NCBI GenBank assembly: GCA_964016885.1
Contig: OZ024753.1
Coordinates: 9,238,001-9,302,000, forward strand
Source of the DNA: Eledone cirrhosa
Lineage: Eukaryota
Direction: 5' to 3'
Length of the DNA: 64,000 bases
Positions 1-12,667 of this stretch are shown piece by piece (the stretch's first letter is position 1; each line of letters opens with the position of its first letter). The notes under the pieces are model-generated. The model saw only the letters and a program-made list of their open reading frames with translations, was not told the origin of the DNA and ran no database searches. A program made the translations under genes and the position numbers.

Positions 1-61
1 CTCTATATATATATATATATGATAATAAGGTCGCTGCGGAGTTGCAAATGGGTTACATATG

Positions 62-773
62 AAAAAGTTTGTCCTTCATCAGTGATCTTCCAACTATCAT
101 AGGCATTTCATCGCTTTAAAGACCATATACCTCCGGTTGGTGCGAGCAATGGCTAAAAAAAGTCGTTGGGACACGTAAATAAAGGGGACGCGAGGGTAAA
201 CAAACAAAATGGTGAGGCAACAGAAAGTGAGGAAGAAGGAGACAAGTCCCAGATTTCTATGAATTTAAGTTCGGTGAAATCGTGAACGAGAGAATAAAGA
301 CCATCAAACCTGGTTGAAATGTGAGCAAGGAAGGAATTTCGCACAGGTCTAACGGGAGGAAGAAGGGGTCTGGTCTGCGAATTCGGTAAACATAAGTTCT
401 GTGAAATCGTAGACGAGAGAGAAAAAATTCCGACCAGCTTGGCCGAGAATGTGAGAGAAAAGAGTTACTCACAGGTCAAACGTTAGACCTGTGCGAAATT
501 CCTTCCTTGCTCACATTTCAACCAGGTTTGATGGTCTTTATTCTCTCGTTCACGATTTCACCGAACTTAAATTCATAGAAATCTGGGACTTGTCTCCTTC
601 TTCCTCATTTTCTGTTGCCTCACCATTTTGTTTGTTTACCCTCGCGTCCCCTTTATTTACGTGTCCCAACGACTTTTTTTAGCCGTTGCTCGCACCAACC
701 GGAGGTATATGGTCTTTAAAGCGATGAAATGCCTATGATAGTTGGAAGATCACTGATGAAGGACAAACTTTTT

Positions 774-774
<1 letters not shown>
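62..774. repeat. Long near-perfect inverted repeat (arms ~62-354 and ~481-774) between (TA)n tracts; probable Penelope-like (PLE) fold-back remnant
   Basis: Arms are reverse complements (the ORF track shows the same 63-aa ORF on both strands). The outer ends read CTGATGA-AGGACAAAC, the 5' half of a hammerhead core. Confidence 0.85.
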
Positions 775-804
<30 letters not shown>

Positions 805-884
805 GACACACACACACGTTTATGTATTTGTTCAGCAAGAATCTTGATTTGAAATCCTGTGTTGAAACTGATATTGTTATATCT

Positions 885-945
885 GGAAATGGTCATTTTA
901 CCAATTGAACACAAGCATGTTTTCAATTGGTAAAATGACCATTCC
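885..945. repeat. Short hairpin between TA microsatellites
   Basis: ggaaatggtcattttaccaattgaa / ttcaattggtaaaatgaccattcc. Confidence 0.8.
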
Positions 946-948
946 CCG

Positions 949-985
<37 letters not shown>

Positions 986-1628
986 CACAGACACGTGTAT
1001 ATATATATATATATACATATTTATAAATACATAAATTCATCAAAATGATTAAGCTCCACCCACCTTTGTCTCTTGAGGCACATTGTGGATGATATTATTC
1101 ACAGATCAGAAATATAACACTTTGCTTAATGACCCATCTGAATTAACTTACACTAGTCCGACCAATTTTAACATGCAAGCATCATCAATTAGATCAGTAG
1201 TTTTAAAACTTCCTGCTGGCTTATTCATGCACTCAAACTAATCACCAGATCTGTAAATTTGATTCTAATTTTCATTGCTGATTTCTTAATGATTACTTAT
1301 TTAGATTCATTAAGAACTAACCAGACATATTCAATGTTTCCTCAAAGTCTAGAATTACAATTGATATTTTTCTTTCTGTTAATACAATAACATTTACCGA
1401 CAATATGTTATAACATTATTTAATTTTATTGACGTAATCATCCTAATTCGGATTGTTCTTGCTGTTTAAGTACTTTGATATTTACTTATCTAATATGATG
1501 ACAGAAAGTTAATAGGAATATATTATCAGATTATCAGACAGTGCATTATAACCTTTTCTATGGTTTGCCAGTGAATTTAGTTTGTCTGAGAGACAGTGAA
1601 TTGACAGAGTTGTTAGAATGTCACATAA

Positions 1629-2030
1629 TCATCATCATCATCATCATCATCATCGATTAATGTCCACCTTCCATGCTAGCATGGGTTAGACGGGTCCCAT
1701 TTAGAGGCAAGTTGTGTCGGGTGACCGTGTCTCGCTCATATAGGACTGTTTCTGGCTGGTTTGTTTAAGGCTGGATGCCCTTCCTAATGCCAACTACATT
1801 GACAGTGTGGGCTGGGTGCTCTTTGCTGTGTCTTTTACACGTCCACTTGACAGTGTGGGCTGTGTGTTTTTTGCCGTGACACCTACACGTCCACTTACAG
1901 TGTGGGCTGGGTGCTCTTTGCTGTGTCTTTTACACGTACACTTGACAGTGTGGGCTGGGTGCTCTTTGCTGTGTCTTTTACACGTACACTTTACAGTGTA
2001 GACTGGGTGCTCTTTACTGTGTCTTTTACA
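1629..2030 (-). mobile_element. RTE LINE 3'UTR/tail fragment with ~50-bp internal subrepeats and (GAT)n tail
   Basis: Similar to the 3'UTR of the RTE at 22184-22530 (ggatgcccttcctaa, ccatgctagcatggg, (cat)n). Confidence 0.8.
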
Positions 2031-2105
2031 TGTCCAGTTTGAGACATACTGTACATATACTTCAGCTTATGCTCATGGGAAGCCAGGCCTTCTGTATTAC
2101 TGCAT

Positions 2106-2275
2106 ATCACCAGAGATCCCGGTCATGTGTCATCTCCTTTGAGAGGTGCAATTGGGCAAGGTCGGCTCTTATCACCTCATCCCAGGTCTTCCTGGGTCTC
2201 CCCACTCCAAGGCTTCCAATAACTTTGAGCGCTCTGCACTTTTTTATGCAGCTGTCATCCTTCATACGCATTTGT
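2106..2275 (-). mobile_element. RTE LINE C-terminal coding fragment
   Basis: MRMKDDSCIKKCRALKVIGSLGVGRPRKTWDEVIRADL closely matches the C-terminus of the 22530-25398 ORF. Confidence 0.9.
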
Positions 2276-2439
2276 TTCAGGTCTCTGCTCTCTCGGTGCA
2301 AATCCTGCTAAGAGGTTAACTTTGACTTTCATCCATTCGAGTTTGATATAAATAAGTACCAGAATAGTACTGGGGTCAATTCTTCATCTGTATCTCTTTC
2401 TCACTTCCATCCTATCTCTCATTATTTATCCTTCTCTGG

Positions 2440-2623
2440 GCGGTGGATTGGCAGTATCGGTAGAGGGTCGGACGCCATGCTTTCCAGCATAGTTACGTCC
2501 CTTTACGATCTGAGTTCAAATCCCGCCGAGGTTGACTTTGCCTTTCATCCTTACGGAGGTCGATAAAATAAAGTACCAGTAATGCACTGGGTAATTGCTG
2601 GCCTTGTGCCTAAAGTAGAAACA
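2440..2623 (+). mobile_element. tRNA-derived SINE family B (Meta-domain-like core) with 19-bp TSD
   Basis: B-box gagttcaaatccc; core gcctttcatccttacggaggtcgataaaataaagtaccag; TSD attatttatccttctctgg at 2421-2439 and 2624-2642. Confidence 0.85.
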
Positions 2624-4076
2624 ATTATTTATCCTTCTCTGGAAGAAATCTGCTGTATTCAGACCTGGAGAGGAAACGGGCTTTGCCAGGTTTTAAAATA
2701 CCCTAGAAATGCTGTATGTCAGTATGACATCCCTACAATTCCAACAGGAGTTATGGGACCATATATACATATTGTTTGTCTATGAATTTAGTTGGACACA
2801 GGCATGGCTGTGTTAAGTATAACAGTGAGGTCATGTGTCCTTTCTACATATATATATATGGAATATTGTTAAGACAGATATATTGCATAATATATATTTC
2901 ATTGACATAGTTAGTAATCATGCAATGTTTACATAATCAACAGTCTCCATGTGGCATCATCAGATACTCATACAATTATGAGATGTAGTTATGCTGGTAT
3001 GAGATATGATGTCTACTTTCTTTTATTGTTAACTTCTTAATAAACTTGTCAAAGAATTTTCATCACACTACTGTAACTTTATAAATGACCTGTCAATCTT
3101 CAACTGAATTTCTTAGTTTCTTAGGGTTTTTATGTTGTCAAGTGTCATATATTTTATCAAGCATGTGTATATGTCCTATTGCAGTTTTGTTTTCATTTTG
3201 TCCATTCGGTGTTTTGTCCATAATCAACAAATAAATTAAGAAAAGTGGACCACAAACAGTGCATGTATTTTGTACTAGCAAAATGACCCTCCGAAAATAC
3301 ACACAGCTACACATAAAAGAATAATGTTGCAATGCAAATATAAAAAACAACATATTTATAATGTGTCATCTCATTTTAGTGAAATGAAAATGTACTACCA
3401 TCCTAGAGAGGGTGGAAAAGCCAGCTCTATAGCAACACACTTGATTTCTTTTCAAATACATTAATTCCTCTACTTTGAAAACTCCCATCCCCAACTCATA
3501 TCCCAGACACTGCACTCCACTTCAACTTATAATGAATGCTAATTCCTTTGAAATAGATACAATCACATAATTCCATTTCTCACTTTCACAGAACTCTCTA
3601 GTCTTCTTTGTGCTTGTGTTAAAGATTTGCTATTATTTCATGGAAGAGATGATCCATGAAATTTAAATATTCGAATTAGTCATAATCTAGAAGTAGCAAG
3701 TAGTCATTTTATGTTTAACACATTGTTTGATGTTGGTTTAAGCTTTAATTAAGTGGGTGTAAGCATATTTACTGCTTGAAACATTAAATCGCTAAAATAG
3801 AATCAGATATGCACTGACAGAAAAACGATATTACTGGTCAATGATTAATATTAATTTTTGTTTGGGTTTTCTTCTTTTTCATTTCTCTACTTTTCCCAAC
3901 ATGAAAACTAATGTGATATACATATAAATAAAATGTATAATTATGGCTACGGATATATATATATATTAGATACATTTATAGCTTGGAGATTATGATTGAT
4001 CACTTGGTCCTCAAAAAGAAAGATAAAAACCGTTGGTGCTTTTAATGAGAACACCAAACATTTAACCAATGAAGGA

Positions 4077-4080
<4 letters not shown>

Positions 4081-4117
<37 letters not shown>

Positions 4118-4144
4118 GCAACATAAAGCAAGATAATGCAACTG

Positions 4145-4210
<66 letters not shown>

Positions 4211-4563
4211 GGATAATGATAATGTTCAGGTTAGAAGCTATAAAAGTAGAGCAATACTATATCTAATGAATAATGTTGAATTATAATTCAAGTACAAGGC
4301 TAACAATATGTTGTGGTGGTAGTAGTGGTGGTGGTGGTGTTAGTAGTGGTGGTGGTGGTGGTGGTGGTGGTGGTAGTAGTGGTGGTGGTGGTGTTGGTGG
4401 TGGTGGTGGTGTTAGTAGTGGTGGTGGTGGTGTTAGTAGTGGTGGTGGTGGTAATAGTAGTAGTGGTGGTGGTGGTGGTGGTGGCGGTGACGGTAATAGT
4501 AGTAATAGTGGCAATGGTGGTAGTAATAGTAGAGGTGGTGGTAGTAGTAGTAGTAGTAGTAGT
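4081..4563. repeat. (TAA)n and (GGT/AGT)n trinucleotide microsatellites
   Basis: Direct reading; source of the poly-G/P/T/V ORFs. Confidence 0.95.
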
Positions 4564-5095
4564 CCAATATATCAAATCCAGTACTTGACTGTTACTTTAT
4601 TTTATCAACCTCAGAAGGATGAAAGGCAAAGTTTCCCTCTTGAGAAGATATGAAAACTCAAATCATAGAAAGTCAGAATAAAAACATCACAAAGTACACA
4701 AAACATTTGTTTGATGCTCTACGCATCCACAGCTCTTATGATATTATCTAATGACTGATAACATGAGAAAAATATCTGTTTGTGGATTTGAAAAAGGTGT
4801 TGAATTGAAAGAAGTATTGGAGCAGTGTTGAATTGCTGTGGGTGTGTTGGCAGTGCAGCTGAATCCACAAAGAATTGTTGTCTGAAAATTTAGTCATTTT
4901 TGTCAAAAAACTATGAACGTCTGCATCACAAAAATGATAGGAATAATATGTTTATGCATTGGAGGGCAGATAATATGCCTTGTGGTATTTATTCCAGTTT
5001 AAAGCTTGCTGTGGCTGGACCTGTTATTTTTATCTAAAGATATTTTTCCAATTCCGAACCACCCGTCCCCTCAATCTATCTTATTTCTCATTCTT

Positions 5096-5131
5096 TCTTC
5101 TGATGAAAGACTAGTGTCCAAAACGTTAAGA
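5096..5131 (+). ncRNA. Degenerate minimal type I hammerhead ribozyme motif
   Basis: UCUU-CUGAUGA-A-AGAC(UAGU)GUCC-aAAA-CGU-U-AAGA. Stem I UCUU/AAGA, palindromic stem III ACGU; G12 has changed to A. Confidence 0.5.
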
Positions 5132-5232
5132 CCCTCTTCCTGCTATATCAAGCATTAACCTAATATATCCCTTCCATATACTGTACCAATTGTGTTGTTA
5201 TTTCTGTTTACCTTTTATATATATATATATAT

Positions 5233-5668
5233 AAAGTATGTTTTGAATCTGAGCAAGTTTGAAATTAGAAATAGAAGCTTTTGCCATAATTTTTACTAAA
5301 GAAATTTTAGCCTGATAGTGGGGTTTAGAACTCTCCAAGAAATGGAAAAGAGATGAGTATTGACGTAAATTAGAAGCTACATTCCTAGCAAGTGTGATGA
5401 CAAATAAGTGTTTTGAAATAGCGAGTGAGTTTGAAATTAAAAATAAAAGCTTTCACCATATTTTTGACTAAAGAAATTTTAGCCTGATTGTGGGGTTTAG
5501 AACTTATAAGAAATAGAAAACGATGTATGTCAATACTCGTCTTTTGCCATTCCTTAGAGGGTTCTAAACCAAACTATCAGGATTAAATTTCTCTAGTCAA
5601 AAATACAGTGAAAGCTTCTAGTTCTAATTTCAAAGTAGCATGCTGTTTCAAAACATGCATACATACTT
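5233..5668. repeat. Two diverged direct copies (~5233-5366, ~5405-5530) plus one inverted copy (~5529-5668) between (TA)n tracts
   Basis: Repeated tttgaaatta..aagcttt..aaagaaattttagcctgat..gggtttagaac and its reverse complement. Confidence 0.75.
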
Positions 5669-5684
5669 ATATATCTATATAAAT

Positions 5685-6007
5685 GGAGGCACATGGCTTA
5701 GTGGTTAGAGCAATGGCCTTGCAATCGAAAGGTTGTGAGTTCAATTCTCAGACTGGGTGATGTGTTGTTTCCTTGAGCAAGACACTTTATTTCACATTGC
5801 TCCAGTTTACTCAGCTGTAGAAATGAGATGATAGGGACTGGGGTCCCTATCATTCCACTGCAAAGTGGTCGTGGAGGTGCCATGGCAAAAAGCACCCAGC
5901 ACTCACTGTAAATGTGGTTGGTGTTAGTCAAGCCAGCATCAGTTCCCGTCCCACCCTTGCAAGCAGGGAAAAAGCGGACGTAAAATGGGATGATGAATGA
6001 TGATGAT
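5685..6007 (+). mobile_element. SINE family A (tRNA head, CORE-like domain, RTE-derived tail)
   Basis: A-box tggcttagtggttagag, B-box gagttcaattctc, CORE-like ccttgagcaagacacttt..cagctgtagaaatgag, (GAT)n tail. Confidence 0.9.
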
Positions 6008-6929
6008 ATGTATGTACGTGTATGTGTGTTTTCTTGTAACTCAGGAAATCTTTATACATAATATATAATTTGCTTACTGCACTTTGAAAATAGTCACAAG
6101 TGCTAAATGATGTTACATATTACATTTATAAATTTACTGCAAACTTTTGAAACTAAACAACATATGAGCCTGCCACCAAGTAATTATGTCTACAAGGAAA
6201 AGTGATTTCACTGTAGAAGGTAATATAGAGAGAAGAACAGTTATAGCTGTAGACATTAAATTTAGAATTAGTGAATTTTTGATTAGAACAAAAATAAATC
6301 GAAGATCAGAAGAGATCTATGTTTTAGTAACTCAGTGATAATAGTATAGACTATTTGGACCAAAGCAAACTAGTAGTGAGATCAAGGTGAAATGTTAGCT
6401 ACATCATTATTTATGTAATATATCTGGAATTGAATACTGGTTGAGATGGAAGATCTATTAAGACTTTGGTTGGAAGTTTTCTAATTAAAAGCAAATTCTA
6501 ATTGATACCAATAATATAATGATCAAAGCTTCTAAACCCCCCCCCCTTTTTTTTTTACTGAAAGTAAACAAAAATCAAGGAGTGACTGTAACATTTTATG
6601 TCAACAAAGGTGTTGGTGAGAAAAATTTAAAACTTGAGCAGGGATGAATCATGTAAAAATAACAGCGATGAACGCAGATGAAGACAGTCTAGCAAAATAT
6701 ATTACAGAATTATAAAAAAATAGCTGCAGAAATTAATTACAATGATATTCAAATCTTCAAGAACAATAAAATCAACCTTCTATTGAAGAAAATGTCATCA
6801 AGAAGTTTTTTTGATAAACAGGAAGAGTTGCGGCTTAGTTGCAAAGCAGTAAAAAAAATTGTTTAACACTTTTAACCTGAAATATTCCTGAGAAGAATTT
6901 AAATTAAGATTGATGCTTATTTCTAAGGT

Positions 6930-7352
6930 AGAACTGCTACTTCTCCAAATTAAGAGATCACAGCTCTGACATTATGGACATTTGGTTAGAATGCGGTTCC
7001 TGGAAAGGATATTTGGAGTAACATTACTCAATAGAGTGCATAGCTCAGAGATCAAAATCTTGCTCCAGGCAGAGCTGCTACTTCTCCGAATTGAGAGATC
7101 ACAGCTCTGATATTATGGACTTGTGATTAGAATATCTCAAGAAAGAATCCCTGGACAGACTTTATAGGCAAAACCAACTGGCTGGAGACCCAGAGGTAGA
7201 CCACAAGCTAGATGGTTGGATAACATCCATGAGCTCAGATGATTTTGCTTGGAGATCCAGCCAGATCGCTTGGAGATGGTTGCTCCTGACATGACCTGCT
7301 AGAGGCATGCATAAGGACCCTGCCCCTTCGACCCTCTCGGAAATAAGTGGGC
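6930..7352 (+). mobile_element. Degenerate RTE-clade LINE 3' fragment with an internal duplication
   Basis: LRIERSQL*YYGLVIRISQERIPGQTL*AKPTGWRPRGRPQARWLDNI. Confidence 0.75.
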
Positions 7353-7556
7353 AATGTCTTGGTTGACATTTGATTATTAGTTCAACTCAGGTTCTGGCCT
7401 AAAGTTGAAAGTTATTCCAAGAAAAACAGTTTAGCTTTGAAAGTTATTTTTTTATTTTTGATAATGTTTCTAGCCATCATAATTCACTTCATGATTTTTG
7501 TCCTAATGTCCTAATGTGCACGTTGTATTTTTACAACCAATTACAGCATCATTGTT

Positions 7557-7745
7557 TGGATTGGCAGTATCAGTAGAGGGTCGGATGCCATGCTTTGCAA
7601 GCAAAGAGTTACACCCCTTTATGATCCGAGTTCAAATCCCGCCAAGGTTAACTTTGCCTTTCATCCTTACGGGGGTCGATAAAATAAAGTACCAGTAATG
7701 CACTGTGTAATTGCTGGCCTTGTGCCAAAAGTAAAAAAACAATTC
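7557..7745 (+). mobile_element. SINE family B
   Basis: Same core as 2440-2623. Confidence 0.85.
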
Positions 7746-8427
7746 TTATAGACAATGGACTAAAGAACAATAGCTACCAGGAATTGCGACCGGTAGATAG
7801 TATCAGCAATGGAAAGACCAATGGAAACATTTCCTTGATCCAATTTGATGAGGTCCACCACACTTGGCAAGCAAATGAGTTCTAGGATCTTGACGATCAA
7901 TCAGAGAAAGAAGTTGTTATATTCAAAAATCTTTGATGCATGCAATTAAAGTTACAACTGGATAAGTTGCTATTGCTCATTTCAAGAATTTTAAAAATAA
8001 ACTAAAACATTAATAAAGCATTTGAAAATCTTCACAAGCCAGATGTATGAAACCAGTCTGGCAGAATCTTTTGCTGGGAGGATTCGAGGCTTTAAAAAAA
8101 TTCTCATTGGTGAAATTGACACCATGTGAATAGGCCCTAGCTTGAACGATGTTCATTTGGAAAAATGGTCATGAATTATTGAACTTCACATTCAATGATC
8201 TCGTTAAAATTGAAGATCAATAAAAAGGAAGATGAGATGGAAGGAAATGTGAAGAAAGAGAAAAAGTCTCAGAAGGAAACAACAGTGAAAAACACATAAT
8301 AAACTTTGGTTGGGGGAAATCAGTTGGCAATAAAATGATGAATGGATGTGGATCTGAATGGCAATAGAAGTATGCTGAGACACTGAAGTTTAGGTCATCA
8401 AATTCCTTGTCATCACAAAATATAAGC

Positions 8428-8826
8428 AGAGAAGAAAATTTGAAAACATTCAATGCATGTGCAATGTCAATGTGCAATGTCAATGTCAATGGATGTGCAA
8501 TGTCAATGTGTGTGAATGACAAAGCATAGACGAGTTGAGAGAGAAACTGTGTATAAGAGGGATAGAAGACTGCGTTGGTATGGAGATGTGATACGCATGG
8601 AGGATGATCGCTGGGTAAAGAAGTGCCAAGAAATCCCAGTGGAAGGAAGACGCAGTAGAGGAAGACCATGAAAATCATGGGCAGAGGTGGTGAGAGCTGA
8701 CCTCAGATCGCTGAAGTTCACAGAGGAAATGATGAAGGACCGTGACGAATGGAGAGATGCTGCTGAAAAGGAGCCGTCTCACCCTTGCAAGCAGGGAAAA
8801 GCGGACGTAAAATGATGATGATGATG
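8428..8826 (+). mobile_element. RTE LINE 3' fragment, second subfamily with a short 3'UTR
   Basis: RRLRWYGDVIRMEDDRWVKKCQEIPVEGRRSRGRP*KSW, then cacccttgcaagcagggaaaagcggacgtaaaa(tga)n. Confidence 0.85.
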
Positions 8827-9229
8827 AGGATGTTCAATTGGATCTTAAGAATGTTTTACTCTACACAAAAAATGATTTACAGTAATTATAATTGGAAAAT
8901 TTCTAGGATTAATTAATAACTACTATTGAATATTAAATGTAATTAATGAGGTTTTGATGTAGAGTTCAAGATGTAAGGTGAGAGTGCTGATTCAATGACA
9001 ATATGTAAAGACATCTGGTCTTCCAGCTGCTTTCAAGGCCTAAACTGTCACTAGTTTGGAAACATCCCCATCTCCTTCACTGATGCCGAAGTCCAACTCC
9101 AACAATCTACCTTCCACATCTAGGAAAACCATTCTTACCCATACATAGGGCCAGGCTTTACCAAAAGACCACTTGAACTAGGGCAACGACAAGGAGGAAG
9201 GGGCCTTATGTAACTAGAAAACTCTTATA

Positions 9230-10240
9230 AAATAACTGCTGTAGAACTATAAAAATACCTAATAAAAAGCGAAGGAAAGCTAATACAAATAGCCACGAAA
9301 CAGGAACAAAACAAAAAACTGTTCTCGGTCTTCAAGGAAGCCAAAAAATTCAAATCAGAAACTGGACATGCACATAATTATGAGGAAAATAAAAACAAAG
9401 AAAAAACAACAATAGAAATTGTGAAAGACAAAATCTAAATTAAAAAATTGACATCCAGAATGCCATGTTAAAACAATGGCAAGAGAAATCCTTACATGGC
9501 CAATACCCCAAAAAGCTAAATAGAAAGGAAGTAGACAAAGAAAATACACAAAACTGACTCTGAAGCACTGGACTAAAAGCTGTGATGGAAGGATTTCTAA
9601 TTGCAGCACAGGACCAGAGTCTACTGACCAGAAACTACCAGAAGTACATAATGAAACAAAGCACAATAAGTAACTACAGAATATAAGGAGATAGGGAAGA
9701 AACAATCAACCACATAGTCTCTGGATGCCCAGCTCCAGCTAAAAAAGAATATATCCACAGGCATGATAGAGTTGGGACCTTCATACACTGGAAGTTATGC
9801 CAGCATTTTGAAATACCAACAGAAAAAAATGGTCCAAACACACATCAGAAAAAGATGGTACAAACACACACCAGTGTCAGAGAATGACAAAGCAACCATT
9901 CACTGGGATATGCCAATACATACAGACAGAGAGATCAAGGCCAACCGACCAGATATTATAGTCAAAGACCACAAAGAAAAAATGCCTTCTAATAGATGTA
10001 TCAATCCCAACAGACGACAATATATCTTCCAAGGAAATAGAGAAACTCTCCAAATATAAAGATCGAGAGATAGAAATAACTTGAATGTGAAAAATGAAAA
10101 CAGAAATACATATAATAATAGGTGCTCCAGGAATGATAAAAACACACAGACAAATACATAACCAAAACCTCAGGACTTACAAATATATACAGCATACAAA
10201 AGATAGCACTACTAGGTACTGTATATATATTATATAGAGT
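9230..10240 (+). pseudogene. Degenerate R4/Dong-like non-LTR retrotransposon 3' region (zinc knuckle plus restriction-like endonuclease)
   Basis: EGFLIAAQDQSL..EETINHIVSGC..YIHRHDRVG; WDMPIHTDREIKANRPDIIVKD; IIIGAPG; IQKIALLGT; with frameshifts and stops. Confidence 0.85.
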
Positions 10241-10760
10241 ACCACAGGACTTACAAATATATACAGCATACAAAAGATAGCACTACTAGGTACTGTATAT
10301 ATATTACATAGAGTACCACACGATTTACAAATATATACAGCATACAAAAGATAGCACTACTAGGTACTGTATATATATTATATAGAGTACCCCACGACTT
10401 ACAAATATATACAGCATACAAAATATAGCACTACTAGGTACTGTATAGATATTATACAGAGTACCACAGGACTTACAAATATATAGAGCATACAAAAGAT
10501 AGCACTACTAGGTACTGCACAGATATTATACAGAGTACCACAGGACTTACAAATATATACAGCATACAAAAGATAGCACTACTAGGTACTGTATATATAT
10601 ATTATATAGAGTACCCCAGGACTTACAAATATATACAGCATACAAAAGATAGCACTACTAGGTACTGTATATATATTATATAGAGTACCACATGACTTAC
10701 AAATATATACAGCATACAAAAGATAGCACTACTAGGTACTGCACAGATATTACAAAAATT
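10171..10760 (+). repeat. ~75-bp minisatellite (~8 copies) derived from the last codons of the R4-like ORF
   Basis: Unit caggacttacaaatatatacagcatacaaaagatagcactactaggtactg.. encodes YSIQKIALLGT. Confidence 0.9.
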
Positions 10761-11026
10761 ACTATCACTAGAATAGAAACAACATCAGCAAAAACTACAC
10801 TGCACATACCCAAGGCCCACAGAGCTGTGCTCGGTAAAGCTGTAATGATGCACAATAAAAATAATAATGGAAAGAAGAAGAATAACTACAACAACAACAA
10901 CATAAACTGTACAGCAATGGCGACAACATGCCATTGGTTTGTTTAATTCATAGAATCTGCATCTCAAAATTTAACATTTCCTTAAATTAAAATTAATACA
11001 AACTGATATTTGATTTATTAAAACAA

Positions 11027-11365
11027 TGGTGGTGGTGGTGGTGGTGGTGGTGGTGGTGGTGGTGGTGGTGGTGGTGGTGTAGTAGTGGTGGTGGTGGTGA
11101 TGATGGTGGTAGTAGTGGTGGTGGTGGTGGTGATGGTGGTTGTGTTTGTGGTTGTGGTGATGGTGGTTGTGTTTGTGGTTGTGGTGCTGATGGTGGTGTT
11201 GGTGGTGGTAAGGGTGGTTACAGAGATGGTGGTAAGGGTGGTTACAGTGATGGTGGCGGTGGTGGTAGTGGTAAGGGTGGTTACAGTGATGGAGGCGGTG
11301 GTGGTGGTAGTGTTGGTGGTATTAATGGTGGTGATGGTGGTGGTTGTTATGGCAAAGATGATTAT
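11027..11365. repeat. (GGT)n-type microsatellite
   Basis: Direct reading. Confidence 0.95.
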
Positions 11366-11444
11366 GTAATTGACAGTGATGGCTGTAGCAACAAAAATAC
11401 CAATTACTATGAAGGTAAATTTAGTGATAGTGCCTATAGTGATG

Positions 11445-12001
11445 GCTATAGTGAGGTGATAGAGGCTATAGTGAGGTGATAGAGGCTATAGTGAGGTGAT
11501 AGAGGCTATAGTGAGGTGATAGAGGCTATAGTGAGGTGATAGAGGCTATAGTGAGGTGATAGAGCCTATAGTGATGGCTATAGTGAGGTGATAGAGGCTA
11601 TAGTGAGGTGATAGAGGCTATAGTGAGGTGATAGAGGCTATAGTGAGGTGATAGAGGCTATAGTGAGGTGATAGAGGCTATAGTGAGGTGATAGAGCCTA
11701 TAGTGATGGCTCGAGTGGCTATAGTGAGGTGATAGAGCCTATAGTGATGGTGATAGAGCCTATAGTGATGGCAATAGAGCCTATAGTGATGGCTATAGTG
11801 GCTATAGCGAGGTGATAGTGGCTATAGTGAGGTGATAGTGGCTATAGTGAGGTGATAGAGCCTATAGTGATGGCTATAGTGGCTATGGTGAGGTGATAGA
11901 GGCTATAGTGAGGTGATAGAGGCTATAGTGAGGTGATAGTGGCTATAGTGAGGTGATAGAGGCTATAGTGAGGTGATAGAGGCTATAGTGAGGTGATAGT
12001 G
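11445..12001. repeat. 20-bp minisatellite (gtgaggtgatagaggctata)n
   Basis: Direct reading. Confidence 0.95.
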
Positions 12002-12667
12002 ACGTGATAGTGTTATGGATAGTTGCCATAAGGATGGTTATAAAGGAGGTGGATTAACGTAAATTGGTAATAGGACAACATACTTTGCAGCATATAATTA
12101 GATGCTGATGCTGATGATGATGACAGTAGCAGAGATGATGATGATGATGGTGATGATGATGTTGAAGATGATGGTAAATGACAATGACATCTTTTTTATT
12201 TTAAATTGAAGAATCTGATTATACTTGGTATGATATTAAATTGTAATATTTCATTGATTATAAAAAGAAAGAAAACGATTTCATTTTTAGTTTGAGAAAT
12301 GTTAGTCAATTTATACAATTTCATTAGCAGTCATGAATGAATTTTGAGTTCATAAGCCTTTAAATTTATATTAATTTTCCTCTATTTTATATTACTTGAA
12401 TTTGTAATAAATCAGTTAAAAATTATAATATTCCAGAAAACATGGGAAGTATTTTGGGGTCTGTTTATATTTTTAAAATATTAAATCAAGCCTCAGTTGA
12501 CTCTAAGTATTTCATGTAGTGACTAACTTGATCAAATATGATAAATGGAAAAAAAAAAAAAAAATGATTAATAGTTGTTTAGCCACAAATCATCATTGAT
12601 TGGGAAAACTTAGCAGCAGCAGCAGAGTTCCAGGTGTGTTTATTCTATATTCTTAATATGTAACATA

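Larger units (their letters stand above)
6270..8220 (+). pseudogene. Highly degenerate pogo/Tigger-like transposase remnants, interrupted by younger insertions
   Basis: ~6744-6810 translates DIQIFKNNKINLLLKKMSSRSF, resembling the pogo QIFNxDETGLFWKKMPxRTF motif; boundaries approximate. Confidence 0.35.

Noticed and set aside
153-682. Duplicated 63-aa gene
   Set aside because: A by-product of the inverted repeat; GTG start and no recognisable domain.
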